Source: Bugula neritina (lineage: Eukaryota; Animalia; Bryozoa). Taken from it: 64,000 nt of DNA. Made by a program: the position numbers and the translations under genes. Of the stretch, positions 28,801-41,643 are shown in pieces. Location of the stretch: contig OZ037771.1 of assembly GCA_964035545.1 (NCBI GenBank), positions 5,179,190 through 5,243,189 of the forward strand, in the 5' to 3' direction. Position 1 is the stretch's first letter, and each line of letters opens with the position of its first letter. The notes beneath the pieces were generated by a model. It saw nothing but the letters and a program-made list of their open reading frames with translations. It ran no database searches and had not been told where the DNA came from.

Positions 28801-30826
28801 TTGATCGGCTATAAAAAAGGCGAATTATAAGTAAAGCTGTGTCTGATTAAAATTTTCTTCACCATTTTTATTATAATAACTACTTTTACAAAAAAAGTAT
28901 TGAGAAGCATGAGCTGGTTGATCTGGACTCCGGAAGATAATATTTTAAATGAGCTTTGCCAATAAATTTAGGCTGAACTATATATACATAAGCGATTTGG
29001 TTTTTAAAACAATGCTATTGGTTAAAATGCATATTTTTATACTATTTTTATAGTATCTTGATATAATGACTATAGAGCCAATTTATCTCAGTTATAGTTA
29101 CAGAAGAAATACCCTGAAGCTTTCCTATAATTTTTAATATATATGGTTATATTTAGGCCGCCCATTAAAAAAATGATCTTGGGCTGCCTCATTTAAAGAT
29201 CATAGGCATGTACTTTTTTTATGTGTGCCATTTGTTACAAAAATAATAATTTCTTATCAGCAAATAAAATAAGCTGAGTTTGAGACTAGTGCATTTTTGT
29301 GTGAAACATGGAGTAAAAACATTTTAGAGAACAATATTGTTATTATAGTTGATGCATACCAAAAAAAATTGCGTTCAACTACAATTTTACCAAACATGGT
29401 GGAATTCCTAAGAAAGCACAACTCAAATGCTTACAATTAGATCATAAGGAAGCAGATACACAAACTTTGTTACATGCAAAATATGTTATGAACATCATAA
29501 TCTCACGTGTAATAATCAAATCTCAATCTTTCATCCTAAGTCTCGCTATTTGCAAAACATTACCTTCGTGCGAATTATATTTTTTCACGAGTGTGGTAAT
29601 CATGGTGTCATGCCAGATAGAGGCTAGAATAAATTTCCTACTTAGACGCTAGACATTTATTTTGGTAAAATGTATTTTCATGTGCAACTTATTTTAATAT
29701 TATTGAAGTATATGCATATTTAAATAAACTTGAATCAATTGCTTGTTATTTAGCACATAAATAAATTCTTTTGATTTGCATTAACTTATTAATTTTGTAT
29801 ATTATTTTATACATCTTGTCTGTTGTTTGAAAATATATTTTGCTAATAAGTATCCATTAAATATAGTGTCTATTATTAATGTATTACTATATTAGTATTA
29901 GTATTGGTATTAGTATATGTATTAGCTACATATAGCTATTAGCATATTAGCAATCAATTCATTAGTTATATAGGTAATATTAATATAGTAGTATAGGAAG
30001 CCACTTTTCAACTAGTTTACATCGACGTCTGTAGAATTGTATAGGGCATTTTCAACTAGTTTACATCGCACTTGAGGAGGCATAGCCGTTTAGAAATAGT
30101 TTACAGTCTTTGTTAGATTCATAGCTACCAAGACTGTCTCAGCATTTATTATAATGGTTTGGCACACTTTCTCAGGCCTTATTGATAATTGCATTGATAT
30201 ACTGTAATTTGCATGACATTGAGTTATGTGGTTATGTAAGATGTTTTGTAAATAGTATTATTGTGCTGTTTTCCTTTATGTTATGAATAGACCTTATCTT
30301 TATGGCTTTGCAAGCAACCAGTATGGTTAATGTAATAACCATATTGAATCTTTATAAAGCTATTGTATATATCATCAGTCTTGAAGATGCGTTTGCTGCG
30401 ATTAGTTGAATGTTCTAAATAGATATATACTATTGAACTTCGCATACAATCCGATTACATACACTAATATATTACCCTCACAGAGCGATTATCAAGTGAT
30501 TGCAGAGAGAGTTAAATGAACACCGTATTATTCAGTTGCTCATAACGTTTTTCACTGTGGGATTGATACACTATGCTGGTAAGTACTACTTTCAAATACT
30601 GCAAAAAAATATCATATGAATGATGCGCACTGATACCGTCTGTTGAATGGTTAACATATCTTTATTATAATTATTCACTATGACCAAGTAAAAATAAGAA
30701 TATATACTACAACATTAAGAATTAAATAGTATTAACTACTGTGAAAAAAAAAGAAAGTATTTTTGTGTGACAGTAATGAATAATAGAATTCTAGCTTATA
30801 TAGATGTCAATACAAATATGATAGTG

Positions 30827-31369
30827 TTAAATATTCACTGAAGAAGCAATTTGGTTTAGTAAAAATGGAAAGTCAATAATTTCAAGTTTATCTGTACCAA
30901 CATTCGTATTACTATACTTTTCTCAAATATAATTAAATATCATAGCATCATTAGCTAATCTATCGCCATTATCATTCAACAAGTATGATATTTTTTCTAG
31001 ACTCAAACCCCTTGCAATATGAGTTAAGAAGAATATAACGTATTGACCACACACTGTACTATAAAGGGATTGCAGCGGAATATCATTAAATGTCCATTCA
31101 TTACAGTTATTTAGCACATCTCCAATCTCAGGTAGGTTATACGGTGGTACACCATAACTGTCAAAAAATATTCCTTTTCTATCTTCTGTTTTCACAACTG
31201 CCACCCAATGCTCTCCAGGGTGATAGTGTGGTTTCGTATTTATAACCATACAACATGGAAACCTTTGAGCAGACATTGGTATTAGGTCTATAGGAAAGAC
31301 TCCTAAAAAGTTTAATTCTTCAACAGCTCTATTTGCCTTTAATATCCTGTAGATTTGTTTGCTATCCAT
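30827..31369 (-). pseudogene. Polinton adenain-like cysteine protease, left copy (premature TGA at 30923-30925, 32 codons before the natural stop)
   Basis: GEHWVAV, FFDSYG and LQSLYSTVCGQY catalytic motifs; the right copy has CGA at the TGA position. Confidence 0.88.
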
Positions 31370-32150
31370 TATATGTAAAAGTTTGTCATTACAGCCCTGT
31401 TTTTATCCACTTTGATGGCGGAGTTAAACTCAGCGTACACTATAACATTGACTGGTGTGTTCAAAGGCACGTCAAACTTTAACTCTAATCTAGCATTCCC
31501 CTTTTTTATAAGGTGATAGCAACCATCCTCTTGGAGGTTAGGGGTTAAATCGAAAGCTAATAACGAGTAGCCATTATTATATTCTGATCTATCTATCCCA
31601 ATTCCAGCATCGTTAAATGATTTTCCAGTGCTTTCCAGTAACATAAAATAGTTTCTGAGTGTTGTATTTTTTTCAAAATCACTGACTAGAGGTTTTTGTG
31701 GAATCATTTTTCCATCAATTAATAAGCTACAGTATTTCAGAGTTTTATGTTTAAAGTTGAATGGATTAAGATTGTAGGCACCCTCAAAACTTTGAGCATC
31801 TACCAATCCAATGACTATACGTTTGGGTAGAACTCCATTGAACAAATTTTCTTCATTGCATGATAACGATCCTGTCGCAATACTAAAAGTTTTCATTGCT
31901 ACCCTTCGTATTGGATAGATTGCTGGTTTTAATTGTTTTTCCATCATTTCAATATGTCTCAATTGAATTCCATTGTTCACCTTCACTCTTCTGATGAACA
32001 TAGATGCGTGAGCAATTTTCAACTTATATTGTGAGTTAGCAGCAGCCATCAATACAAGTTTATTTGAGTTTCTCACAAGTTTGAGCTTGACATCAATTCC
32101 ATTTAGTAGATACCGGTTTTGGAAAAATATGTCCGATTGAAGTTTACCCA
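31369..32150 (-). pseudogene. Polinton major capsid protein, 3' fragment (inverted duplicate)
   Basis: GKLQSDIFFQNRYLLNG, LPKRIVIGLV, NPFNF, GYSLLAFDLTP; four amino-acid differences from the right copy over 260 aa; no 5' half. Confidence 0.88.
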
Positions 32151-32151
32151 A

Positions 32152-32750
32152 TACATTTCATTAGTAATCTCAGCATTTTTAGTGAACAATTTTTCTCATA
32201 AGAATAATCAGATTTTTTATTTACATTGAACAGTTATTTCATTTGTTAGCATTTCTTCATGATAATTGAGAAGAGCACATTAGTTTGTGTTACATTTCAT
32301 TAGTAATCTCAGCATTTTTAGTGAACAATTTTTCTCATAAGAATAATCAGATTTTTTATTTACATTGAACAGTTATTTCATTTGTTAGCATTTCTTTATG
32401 ATAATTGAGAAGAGCACATTAGTTTGTGTTACATTTCATTAGTAATCTCAGCATTTTTAGTGAACAATTTTTCTCATAAGAATAATCAGATTTTTTATTT
32501 ACATTGAACAGTTATTTCATTTGTTAGCATTTCTTCATGATAATTGAGAAGAGCACATTAGTTTGTGTTACATTTCATCAGCAATCTCAACATTTTTAGT
32601 GAATAACTTTTCTCATAAGAATGATTAGTTTTATTTTATTCATATTGAACATATATTTCATTTGTATTATTTGGCAACATTTCTCAATAGTAATTGAGAA
32701 CAGTACATTAGTTTGTGTTACATTTCATTAGTAATCTCAGCATTTTTAAG
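32152..32750. repeat. 139-bp tandem array (~4.3 units) inside the Polinton, with an inverted copy at ~33921-34010
   Basis: tacatttcat unit starts at 32152, 32291, 32430, 32569 and 32719. Confidence 0.9.
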
Positions 32751-33000
32751 TGATTAAACTTTTTAACACAAATATCACTTTTTCCAAAAAAAAAAGTTAA
32801 CAGACAGCAGCGTATTGAGTATACAAAAGTATAGATACAGTATTAGCTTTGTAAACACATGTAAAATGTTAGCTATTATAATGGTTAATGTAACTCATAA
32901 CAATATTGAAAAAATTAAAGGAATTTCAGATTTGGTTTATTGACTTTGAAATACCATTTCTCATTAGGACCAAGATCCTCTAACTGAATTTCGCAGATGT

Positions 33001-33849
33001 TTAAGGCCCAAACATATTCGTTGCCAGACCTTTTATAGGCCCAGACCTTAACACGGCCGTGAGCCTCATGCACATTTTCTCTAGTTCTTCTGCCGGCAAC
33101 AAAACTGGCTTTCCGTTAACTCGAGCATTAACACACGCTTTGTCTTCCATATTTCTAACCACATCTACATAACAGCCCACGAGTGGGCTGTTCTCATTTT
33201 TACCGTGAAACCTAATGTTCTTACCAATAATTTGAGAAGCATGATTTTTCAAATTTTCTAATACCCTACTTTTTTTATATACAAGCATGGGCTGCAGTTT
33301 GGAACTGTCGATTTGTAACATTTGAGTTCACCGATGAACTCCGAAGATCTAACATAAAAATGTTTTTCATGGTTGTATGTCAAAACTATCCTATCCCCCT
33401 CCCTATGGAAAGCCAGTTTTGTTGCCTCAAATGATGTTTCATCTTTTAGGTAATGTTGCTTACCATCATCGATCCTGAAACAAAATAAATAGTCTATCAA
33501 AACATTATTTAGGGAGTAATTTTTACAATACAATAAAATGAAAAGTGTTATATCTGTGCTAATATAATGAAATAATGTAGGTGAAGATATAATACTTACT
33601 TTGCATGGTCTTTTTCATTTTCGTTTTGAGGGTTTCGAGATTGTGCAGTGGTTTCAGTTTCTCTATAATTCAAGATATATAATTTATTATGACTTGAAAA
33701 ATAAGTATTATGAACCAAATGTTAAATTTTGTGGTAGATTTAATGTTGTAAGCAGATACCAAGATTTCTAACAAACTTACTTGTCAGGAAGTGTGTGATC
33801 TTCTGTCACTTTAGGAGCTTTTAGTTTTTCCTTATTACTTTCATCATCG
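33001..33849 (-). pseudogene. Spliced Polinton accessory gene of unknown function (exons 33781-33849, 33600-33662, 33001-33474; frameshift in an A-run at ~33270)
   Basis: Canonical GTAAGT donors and pyrimidine-AG acceptors join three exons in phase 2. First exon not identified. Confidence 0.6.
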
Positions 33850-34237
33850 CTAAAAAAATATTTGTTTATTAGCCAAATAACTATCCCTATATATAAAAAG
33901 TAAAAGGTGTCTATTATCTTAAATCATTCTTATGAGAAAAGTTATTCACTAAAAACGCTGAGATTACTAATGAAATGTAACACAAACTACTGTACTGTTC
34001 TCAATTACTACCAATAAGCTGCTTAAAAAAATTTATTTGCTGAAAATGCTAAGATATCAGGCTAATGAAATGTATTATAAACTAAAGTACTTTAGCTCAC
34101 AATTTACCACTCCTAATGACTGTAAAGAAAAGTTAATAGAAGAAGTAAAAGTTTGTTGTGTATAATAATAATAATATTGAACTACAAGAACACTTTAGTA
34201 TATTATAACAAAATAATTACTTTGAATATAAGTTGTC

Positions 34238-37200
34238 ATGGTTGATGAAAGTAAATTATTTAAATTATGTCTTGTTTCTTTAGAAAGATTTACGTGTTCT
34301 GAATGCAACAAGTCATACGCCCACAGACAAAGTCTTAGTAGACATAGAAACGTACATAAAAGGAGATGTAAACAATGCAAGCAGTTGATCAATGATAAAT
34401 CCCATGAATGTTCTTTGGTAAGACACACCATAAGACATACTCATATTGAATCATGATCATTCTCATGAATGTTTAAAAATGTTGACTAGAGAGACTAAAA
34501 TCTATTAAATAGCAAACTTATTTCAATGGTAGATTTACATTTGGTTAAAAAATATATTGTAGAAACCTGTATCAAGTGAGGTTGTTACAAAGAAACAACT
34601 TGACACTGGAACGACCTTTGTTGATGAAGAAGACTCCCCAATACCATATGATGGTCCTAAAGAAAAAGAAACGAATTCACTATTCATAAAAAACTGGTCG
34701 GCAATAAAAAGCTATGCTTTAGTTCGTAGATACACAAAGATCTACAATATAAGAGTTGAAAACAATAATATATCCGATACTATTGGAGGAAACAACATGA
34801 TAAAACTGTATCAAGATCAAAAAATGAAATTCAAAGTCAATGCTTCTTTAGGTTTTATCCTAATTAACAACACAGAACAAAAGTTGAGATACTACCATGC
34901 ATCAGCTAACAAAGATAGATTGCTAGACAAGCCTGTGCTCATTGAAACACTGGCAGATTTCAGAGAATTCATTGATCAGTTAACGGATAAAGATTTCATT
35001 GAGTATGCTACACAAAACAGACCCGATACTTCATGGTCAATACACATGATCACCAACATAGCTTTTTATGTTTACCCGATATACAACCATCCAATTGGAT
35101 GTCCAGTATTACTCCCAGACTACATCAAAAACAACAAAGCTATTGTATCAGCTGATATAGATACTAATGGAAGGCTTTACACTGATAAACTATGTATCTT
35201 TAGAGCCCTATGCCTGATGAGGAATAAACATTCCTTAGAATCATCCACCAGAGATTATTTTCGGAAATTTGTTGACTCAAAACAGATATCTGAAGATCAA
35301 TTTCAAGGCGTTACAGTAGATGATTTACCAAGCATAGAGAGACTTTTTACAATATCTATTAATGTTTACTGTTTGGAAGAAGTAGCCTGTGAAACCATCG
35401 CAAAACTACATTACAGATCAACTTCAAATTTCAAAGAACACTTAAATTTACATTTGTATGAAAATCATTTCTCTTGGATTAAAAACATCAGACTATATAC
35501 AAAATCATACAGATGCGAATATTGCTCAAAGTTAATGAAATCAGCAAATGCTGTCAAGAGACATTCGTTGTCATGTTCTTCAGCTACAAAGTTTGTTTAT
35601 CCATCCGGTATTGCGACTACTTCAAAGACAATATTTGAAAAGCTGAACGAATACGGAATAACAACTGATGAAAGCAGAAAGCATTATCCATACTTTGCTG
35701 TTTGGGATTGTGAAGCGTACTTTGACAAAACTGACTTACCCAACAACACTAAAACAATTGAATGGACAGCAAAACATCGACTAGCATCAATTAGTATTGC
35801 TAGTAATGTTGCTGGTTTTACGGAACCTGTGTGCTTTGTGAATGAAAGCAATTCAGAGTATGATGTGGTACATCAAATGATGATATACTTGGAGAAATTG
35901 TCAGATTTGTGCTACCAACGTTTGAAGTTGAGATACAAATCAATCTTCACACAGATTGAACAGAAAAGAAATGAACTAATAACACTTGAAGAACAAGCCG
36001 GAGACAATGCTAGCGTTGAACAGCTTGAAAAAACTTTTGATAAACTTGAAGAAGAGCTCAACAGCTACATATCAGATTTGCTTGTTTTTGGATTCAACTC
36101 TGGATCTTATGACATTCCATTGATTAAGAAGCATTTGTTCAAGTATCTTTTAGATCAAGACCATTCTATTGATTTTGGATTAAAAAAAGCTAATTCCTAC
36201 ATGTGCATCAAAACGGAAAGGTTACGCTTTCTGGACATTGTAAATTACCTAGCACCGGGGTTTAGCTACGCTGATTATTTGAAGGCAATGGAGATAGATT
36301 CGAAGAAGTTCTTCTGGATTTATGAAAAGTTTACTTCTATGGAAATGTTGAAGCAAACAGATTTTCCATCCCGTGAAGACTTTTACAGTGAGCTGAAAAA
36401 AGAAACAATAAGCTTAGAAGATTACAACTACTGTAGAAAAATATGGGTTGAAAATAACATGAAAACGTTGAAAAACCTACTCATTTACTACAACAATGCT
36501 GATTGTACAGGTTTTGTGAAAGCTTTACAAAAACAAAATGAGTCTCTCCGAACTAAAAATCTAGATTTTAAAATGGCTTTTTCAATGCCATGTTTGGCAA
36601 TTAAACGATTATTTGACCTCAAGCAAAAGAATGCGCAACTTTTCCTTTATGGGGAAAAAGATAAAGATCTGTATAATCTCGTAAAGCAAAATATTAGAGG
36701 TGGAATGTCAATCATATTCCACAGATACCAACACGCAGAAACTATAAAAATCAAATCAGAATATTATGGAGGAAATGCTAAAACCACAAAGGTTTGTTTA
36801 GGAGTAGACATATCTGGAATGTATTTGTCAAACCTAATGCGTGATATGCCAACTGGAATTTATGTTCGAAGAAAGAGGGAAAATGAATTTAAGCTTGAAA
36901 AAAGATACACCCATGGTCAGCTAGCAACTGAATGGATTAAATGTAAAGAGAAAGAAATGCAAATTGAATTTCAGCACATGTTTAATGGAGTGGAGAAGCG
37001 AGTTGGTGGAAAAAAGATACCAGTAGATGGGTATGTTGATACTCCTAATGGTCCAGTTGTACTCCAGTTCTCCGGTTGTTACTTCCATTCACACATGTGT
37101 GATTATTCACCCAATGGGAGATTTACTGATTGAGTCAAAGATCTTGAAAATCAATTGCGAACTTACAAAAACCTGAAGTATCTAGAAGATATAGAGTGTA

Positions 37201-38673
37201 CAGTACACCATTCATGGGAATGTGAATTTCTTGAGCTGAAATCACGTAATTCTTTGCTAAAGAAATTTTATGAGGAATTGAATTATATGGTTGACAAAAG
37301 ATATAAGCTAACTGAAGATCAAATACTAGCTGAAGTCAAATCTGAAAAACTATTTGGTATGGTTGAATGTGATATAGAAACATCTGATGAACTAAAGAGT
37401 GTATTCGCAGAGTTTCAATCAATTCCAAAACACGCTTATATGCAAAGGAAAGATGTAGGTCATCATATGGAACAATTTGCAGTAGCAAATGGGTTACTCA
37501 AATCTCCACAGAAAACGTTGCTGAACAGCTACTTTGGTCACAAAATGTTATTTGCAACTCCATTGCTTGCATGGTATCTAAACCATGGGCTTAGAGTTAC
37601 TAAAGTTCACCAAGTTATACAATATAATCCAACAAAGTGCTTTGAAGCTTTTGGAATGGAAGTGATGCAGGCAAGACGTGAAGGAGATGTAGATCCCTCG
37701 AAGAAACTCATGTCAGATTCTTCCAAGTTGATGGGTTAGTAAATTTTACACAAATAAAATTCAGTTTTAAATTTATCAAACGAACATCTACTCATATTGT
37801 CAAATATTTTGAGTGTAGTTAAAGAATTGAAAGATATTATTAATTTTGCTTTCAGGGAATAGCGCATATGGTTGAACATTGGTTAATCGTGAGAACCATA
37901 AGGATATCTCATTTCTTCAATCATCTGATGCAGAAATAGCAAATGTAGTGAACAGTAGGAGATTCCATCACTTAGATGAGATAGGAGATGATATTGTGGA
38001 ATACAAAATGAAAAGGCTAGAATTGCTTTGGATGTACCTATTCAAATAGGTTTCTTTGTGCTAGAGTATGCTAAGTTGCTACTGCTTAGATTTTATTATC
38101 ATTTCCTTCTAGAATATATACCATTTGAAAAGTTTGCTCTTATCGAATCTGATACTGACTCGATGTATTTTTCACTTTCTGAACCTAATCTGTTTTTAGC
38201 TGTGTCTGTTGAAAAAAGAGGAGATTTTTTTATGCAGTACGACAAATGGTTCGCTAAGGATTATTGTGACAAGCATAAGAATGATTTTTTTCATTGCATG
38301 TTTAACAATCAAAGTTGGTGCTCTAATGACTGTTGTAAATCGGCGGCTAAATACGACTCAAGAACTGTAGGAAAATTCCACGTGGAATGGAAAGGTGAAG
38401 GAGTAATCGCGTTGTCTAGCAAATGCTATTACTGTATTGGTGAGCAGGCCAAATCAAGTTCTAAAGGTATATCCAAACGTCACAACAAATTAACTGAAAA
38501 AGACTATATGCACGTGTTGATGAATCAGGATATAACTTAAGGTGTAAATAAAGGATTCAGAGTTAGAGGTGATAGCATATTAACGTACACACAAAATAGA
38601 AAAGGGTTGAATTATATGTACGGTAAAAGTTGTTATGAGTGATCATGTGACCACTTTACCTACTCATTTATAA
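34238..38673 (+). pseudogene. Protein-primed family B DNA polymerase (pPolB) with N-terminal C2H2 exon and internal VSR-like nuclease insert; introns 34418-34562 and 37735-37855
   Basis: Exonuclease motifs WDCEA, FGFNSGSYD and YNNADC; IRGGMS; motif A GVDISGMY; motif B KLMG|NSAYG split by an intron; motif C ESDTDSMY; KCYY/SSKGI. Nonsense codons at 37131, ~37873 and 38538; frameshifts at ~38010 and ~38628. Confidence 0.92.
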
Positions 38674-38862
38674 TCTGTTTTCTTTTTACTTTTGTTATAT
38701 GGGCTTGGTAAATAGAGTTATATATTTTATATTTTTTTTTATCTTTTTATAAATAAAGATCTTACTTGTACATCCAAAAAACTTCCCACAGTTGTTTGAA
38801 GTAAATAAATAGAATTCATCAACTTTCTTTGTATATATCAGTCATTCTGTATTTTGAGCTTG

Positions 38863-39522
38863 ATGATGACCTTACAATTAAAGCATCCGTTCTCTGCTAT
38901 AATTACAGGACCATCAATGGCTGGAAAGTCTCAATGGGTAGCAAAGTTGTTGGAGCATAACCAAACGATGGTTTCACCATCTATGGAAAAAATAGTTATT
39001 TGTTACAAGGAATGGCAACCATTATATGATGAGCTAACAAATATTGAATTCCATCAGGGTATTATTGATGTAGATACACTAGATAAAGCAATAAAAAAAC
39101 TAATCATATTTGATGATATGATGGAACAAGTAAGCGAGAAGATAGCTGAAATATTTACCAAACACGCTCATCATAGAAACATAAGTGTAGTTTTTATAAC
39201 TCAAAATTTATTTCACAAAAGTCCACACATAAGAACAATGAATTTAAATGCCTCATATATTGTATTATTTAAAAATTCAAGAGATGTTAACCAAGTGAGT
39301 TATCTTGCTAGACAAATGTATCCAACAGGTCAGAGCAAGTTTTTAGTTAATGCATTTAAAGATGCAACTGCAATACCTTATGGGTATTTGTTTATTGATC
39401 TCAGACAAGACACTCATGATTTAGTTAGAATTCGAACGGGAATATTTCCAGATCAAAAAACCTATATTTACATGCCCAAATGTAGCTCAACATCATTAAC
39501 ACGTTACACTTCAATGAAGTAA
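38863..39522 (+). CDS. A32/FtsK-like genome-packaging ATPase
   Basis: Walker A GPSMAGKS, Walker B IIFDD, HHRNISVVFITQNLF, PYGYLFIDL. Confidence 0.92.
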   Translation: MMTLQLKHPFSAIITGPSMAGKSQWVAKLLEHNQTMVSPSMEKIVICYKEWQPLYDELTNIEFHQGIIDVDTLDKAIKKLIIFDDMMEQVSEKIAEIFTKHAHHRNISVVFITQNLFHKSPHIRTMNLNASYIVLFKNSRDVNQVSYLARQMYPTGQSKFLVNAFKDATAIPYGYLFIDLRQDTHDLVRIRTGIFPDQKTYIYMPKCSSTSLTRYTSMK

Positions 39523-39526
39523 CACT

Positions 39527-39865
39527 ATGAGTAAAAGAGTTAAGAAATACGCACCTACCTTAGAACTTTTAGCTAAATGTGATAAACAGACAGCGAATTC
39601 AGTAATCAAATCAGCTAAACCTGAATTCCTAAACTGTATAGGTGATATATGTTACAATATTTTACAAGGAAGAGTTCCTCTATCACCTAAAGATAAAACA
39701 AAGCTTTCTAAATACAAACAACAGATACGAAAAATTGCTAATAAGAAAACTACACTAAAGTCAAAAAGAGAACTTATTCAAAAGGGTGGATTTTTAGGCG
39801 CTATTTTAGCACCACTTCTCGGGTCATTGATAGTTCCTATAGTTAAATCAATTATTAGAAAATGA
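39527..39865 (+). CDS. Small basic Polinton virion-type protein with GG-FL amphipathic C-terminus
   Basis: ICYNILQGRVPL...QKGGFLGAILAPLLGSL; sits next to the ATPase as in Polintons. Confidence 0.7.
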   Translation: MSKRVKKYAPTLELLAKCDKQTANSVIKSAKPEFLNCIGDICYNILQGRVPLSPKDKTKLSKYKQQIRKIANKKTTLKSKRELIQKGGFLGAILAPLLGSLIVPIVKSIIRK

Positions 39866-40481
39866 GTGAAGATGCAAAGAAATTTTTACTAATAGATGCA
39901 TCAAATATTGATCAACTAATGAAGCATACCAAACAGAATGAGAGGTTAATACCCATAGAAAGAAGAGAGCTGATGAGAATAGATAAATTTATGCTAGATA
40001 TAATTAACAACAGTTTGCTTACCGAAAATGAAAAAGTAATGGAATACAATAAAGTCCTAACTGAATTTCAGAGCTTACCAAATATTCAAAGTGTGAAACC
40101 TAGTCAAACAAAAATTGTTCAGAATGAAAAGCAACAAGTAGTTAAATAACACCCAATTACGATGCTACTGTAGGTGTACAGCAGCGTTATAAAAGTAAAG
40201 CTAATAACGTTATGTCTTCGCTGAAAATGTCAAAACAGCTTAACATTACTAATTCTGGTGAATTAATAGTCAACAATGAAAAGATTAATGGGAGCAATAT
40301 ATCAGACCTTCTAAATAAAGCTATCAATCCTAATCATAATGTCCAAGATATACCTGGATGGGAAGAATTTCAAGAGATTTTAATCAAATCGAATATACCG
40401 AAATCATTACTAGCAACCAAAATTTTGGAACCTATAAAACACGACAAATTGAATCAACAACGAAACACAGCAAAATGTTAA
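39862..40481 (+). pseudogene. Uncharacterised Polinton protein, frameshifted near 40146
   Basis: ORFs 39862-40149 and 40212-40481 join through a one-base shift with open sequence between; GELIV...GSNISDLL...PGWEEF motif. Confidence 0.65.
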
Positions 40482-40496
40482 GAAAATGGAAACCTT

Positions 40497-41606
40497 ATGA
40501 TGCCTAACAAAAGTAGGAGCAATAAACAAAGATTATCAAATAAATTAAAATCCATTTACTTTAACGCAGCTTCACCAGCTGGATTTAGTGGTAAATCAAA
40601 ATTGATATTGAAAGGAAAAGTATCACCACAAGCAATCAATAAATGGTTATCCAGAACAGATACATACACATTACACAAGCCTATAAAAAAGAAATTTAAA
40701 CGAAGAAAATACATAATATCAGGAATAAATGCATTGTGGCAATGCGATCTCACAGAGTTGTTACAATTCGCTAAATATAATAATGGTTACAAATACGTTC
40801 TTTTGAAAATAGATGTATTTAGTAGAAAAGCTAGCGCAATACAACTCAAGACAAAATCAGCGAGTGATGTCACTAATGCATTTGAAGACATACTAAAAAA
40901 TGAGAATGCTTTCCCAGATCAACTACAAACGGATAAAGGGAAAGAATTTTTCAACTCAAAATTTCAATCAATGCTGAGTAGTCACAACATTCACCACTAC
41001 GCTAGTGAAAATCAAGAAATCAAAGCTTCTTTGGTTGAAAGGTTACAAAGAACCTTAAAATCAAGACTATTTAGATATTTCACACACTCTAATTCATATC
41101 AGTGGATTGATGTGCTACAGGATTTTATCGATTCGTATAATAAAACTGTTCATTCAAGCACAGGCATGAAACCCGTTGATATCAACGTGAAAAACCAGGA
41201 AGAAATTTGGCAAAGAGTATATAACCCAGATAATCTTTCATCAGCAAATATAACATTCAAGTTTTCTCCTGGTGATAAAGTACGAATATCAAAGTACTCC
41301 ACTGTTTTTGCAAAAGGTTACATACCTTTATGGAGCGAAGAGATTTTTACGGTCAAAGAAAAGCATTACACAGATCCTCCAGTCTATTCTTTGCAAGATG
41401 AATCTGGTGGTAAGCTTAAGAGTACGTGGTATGAACAGGAACTACAATACGTACAAACTGAAGATGATGTGTACAAAATTGAAGCAATAGTTGGAAAACA
41501 AAAAATAAATGGAAAGATTCAATATTTGGTTCGTTGGAAAGGTTATCCGCCCAGTTTTGATTCCTATGTTGACAAAAAAGACATGATTGGTGATTATAAA
41601 AACTAA
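40497..41606 (+). CDS. Polinton retroviral-like (c-)integrase with C-terminal chromodomain
   Basis: DDE motifs WQCDL, LQTDKGKEF and VERLQRTLK; KGYIPLWSEEIF; chromodomain YKIEAIV...YLVRWKGYPPSFDSYV. Confidence 0.95.
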   Translation: MMPNKSRSNKQRLSNKLKSIYFNAASPAGFSGKSKLILKGKVSPQAINKWLSRTDTYTLHKPIKKKFKRRKYIISGINALWQCDLTELLQFAKYNNGYKYVLLKIDVFSRKASAIQLKTKSASDVTNAFEDILKNENAFPDQLQTDKGKEFFNSKFQSMLSSHNIHHYASENQEIKASLVERLQRTLKSRLFRYFTHSNSYQWIDVLQDFIDSYNKTVHSSTGMKPVDINVKNQEEIWQRVYNPDNLSSANITFKFSPGDKVRISKYSTVFAKGYIPLWSEEIFTVKEKHYTDPPVYSLQDESGGKLKSTWYEQELQYVQTEDDVYKIEAIVGKQKINGKIQYLVRWKGYPPSFDSYVDKKDMIGDYKN

Positions 41607-41643
41607 CTGTTTCAAATTAAATTCTCATTTAGTGAGCGACAAG

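Larger units (their letters stand above)
29987..32150. repeat. Left arm of a ~2.2-kb terminal inverted repeat (partner 42365-43609 + 48796-49749)
   Basis: Reverse complement matches the right end near-continuously. The subterminal motif ttttcaactagtttacatcg occurs twice on the left and three times on the right. Confidence 0.95.

Noticed and set aside
37131-38540. In-frame TGA/TAA codons in pPolB as recoding or selenocysteine
   Set aside because: Accompanied by frameshifts and other lesions; ordinary pseudogene decay.
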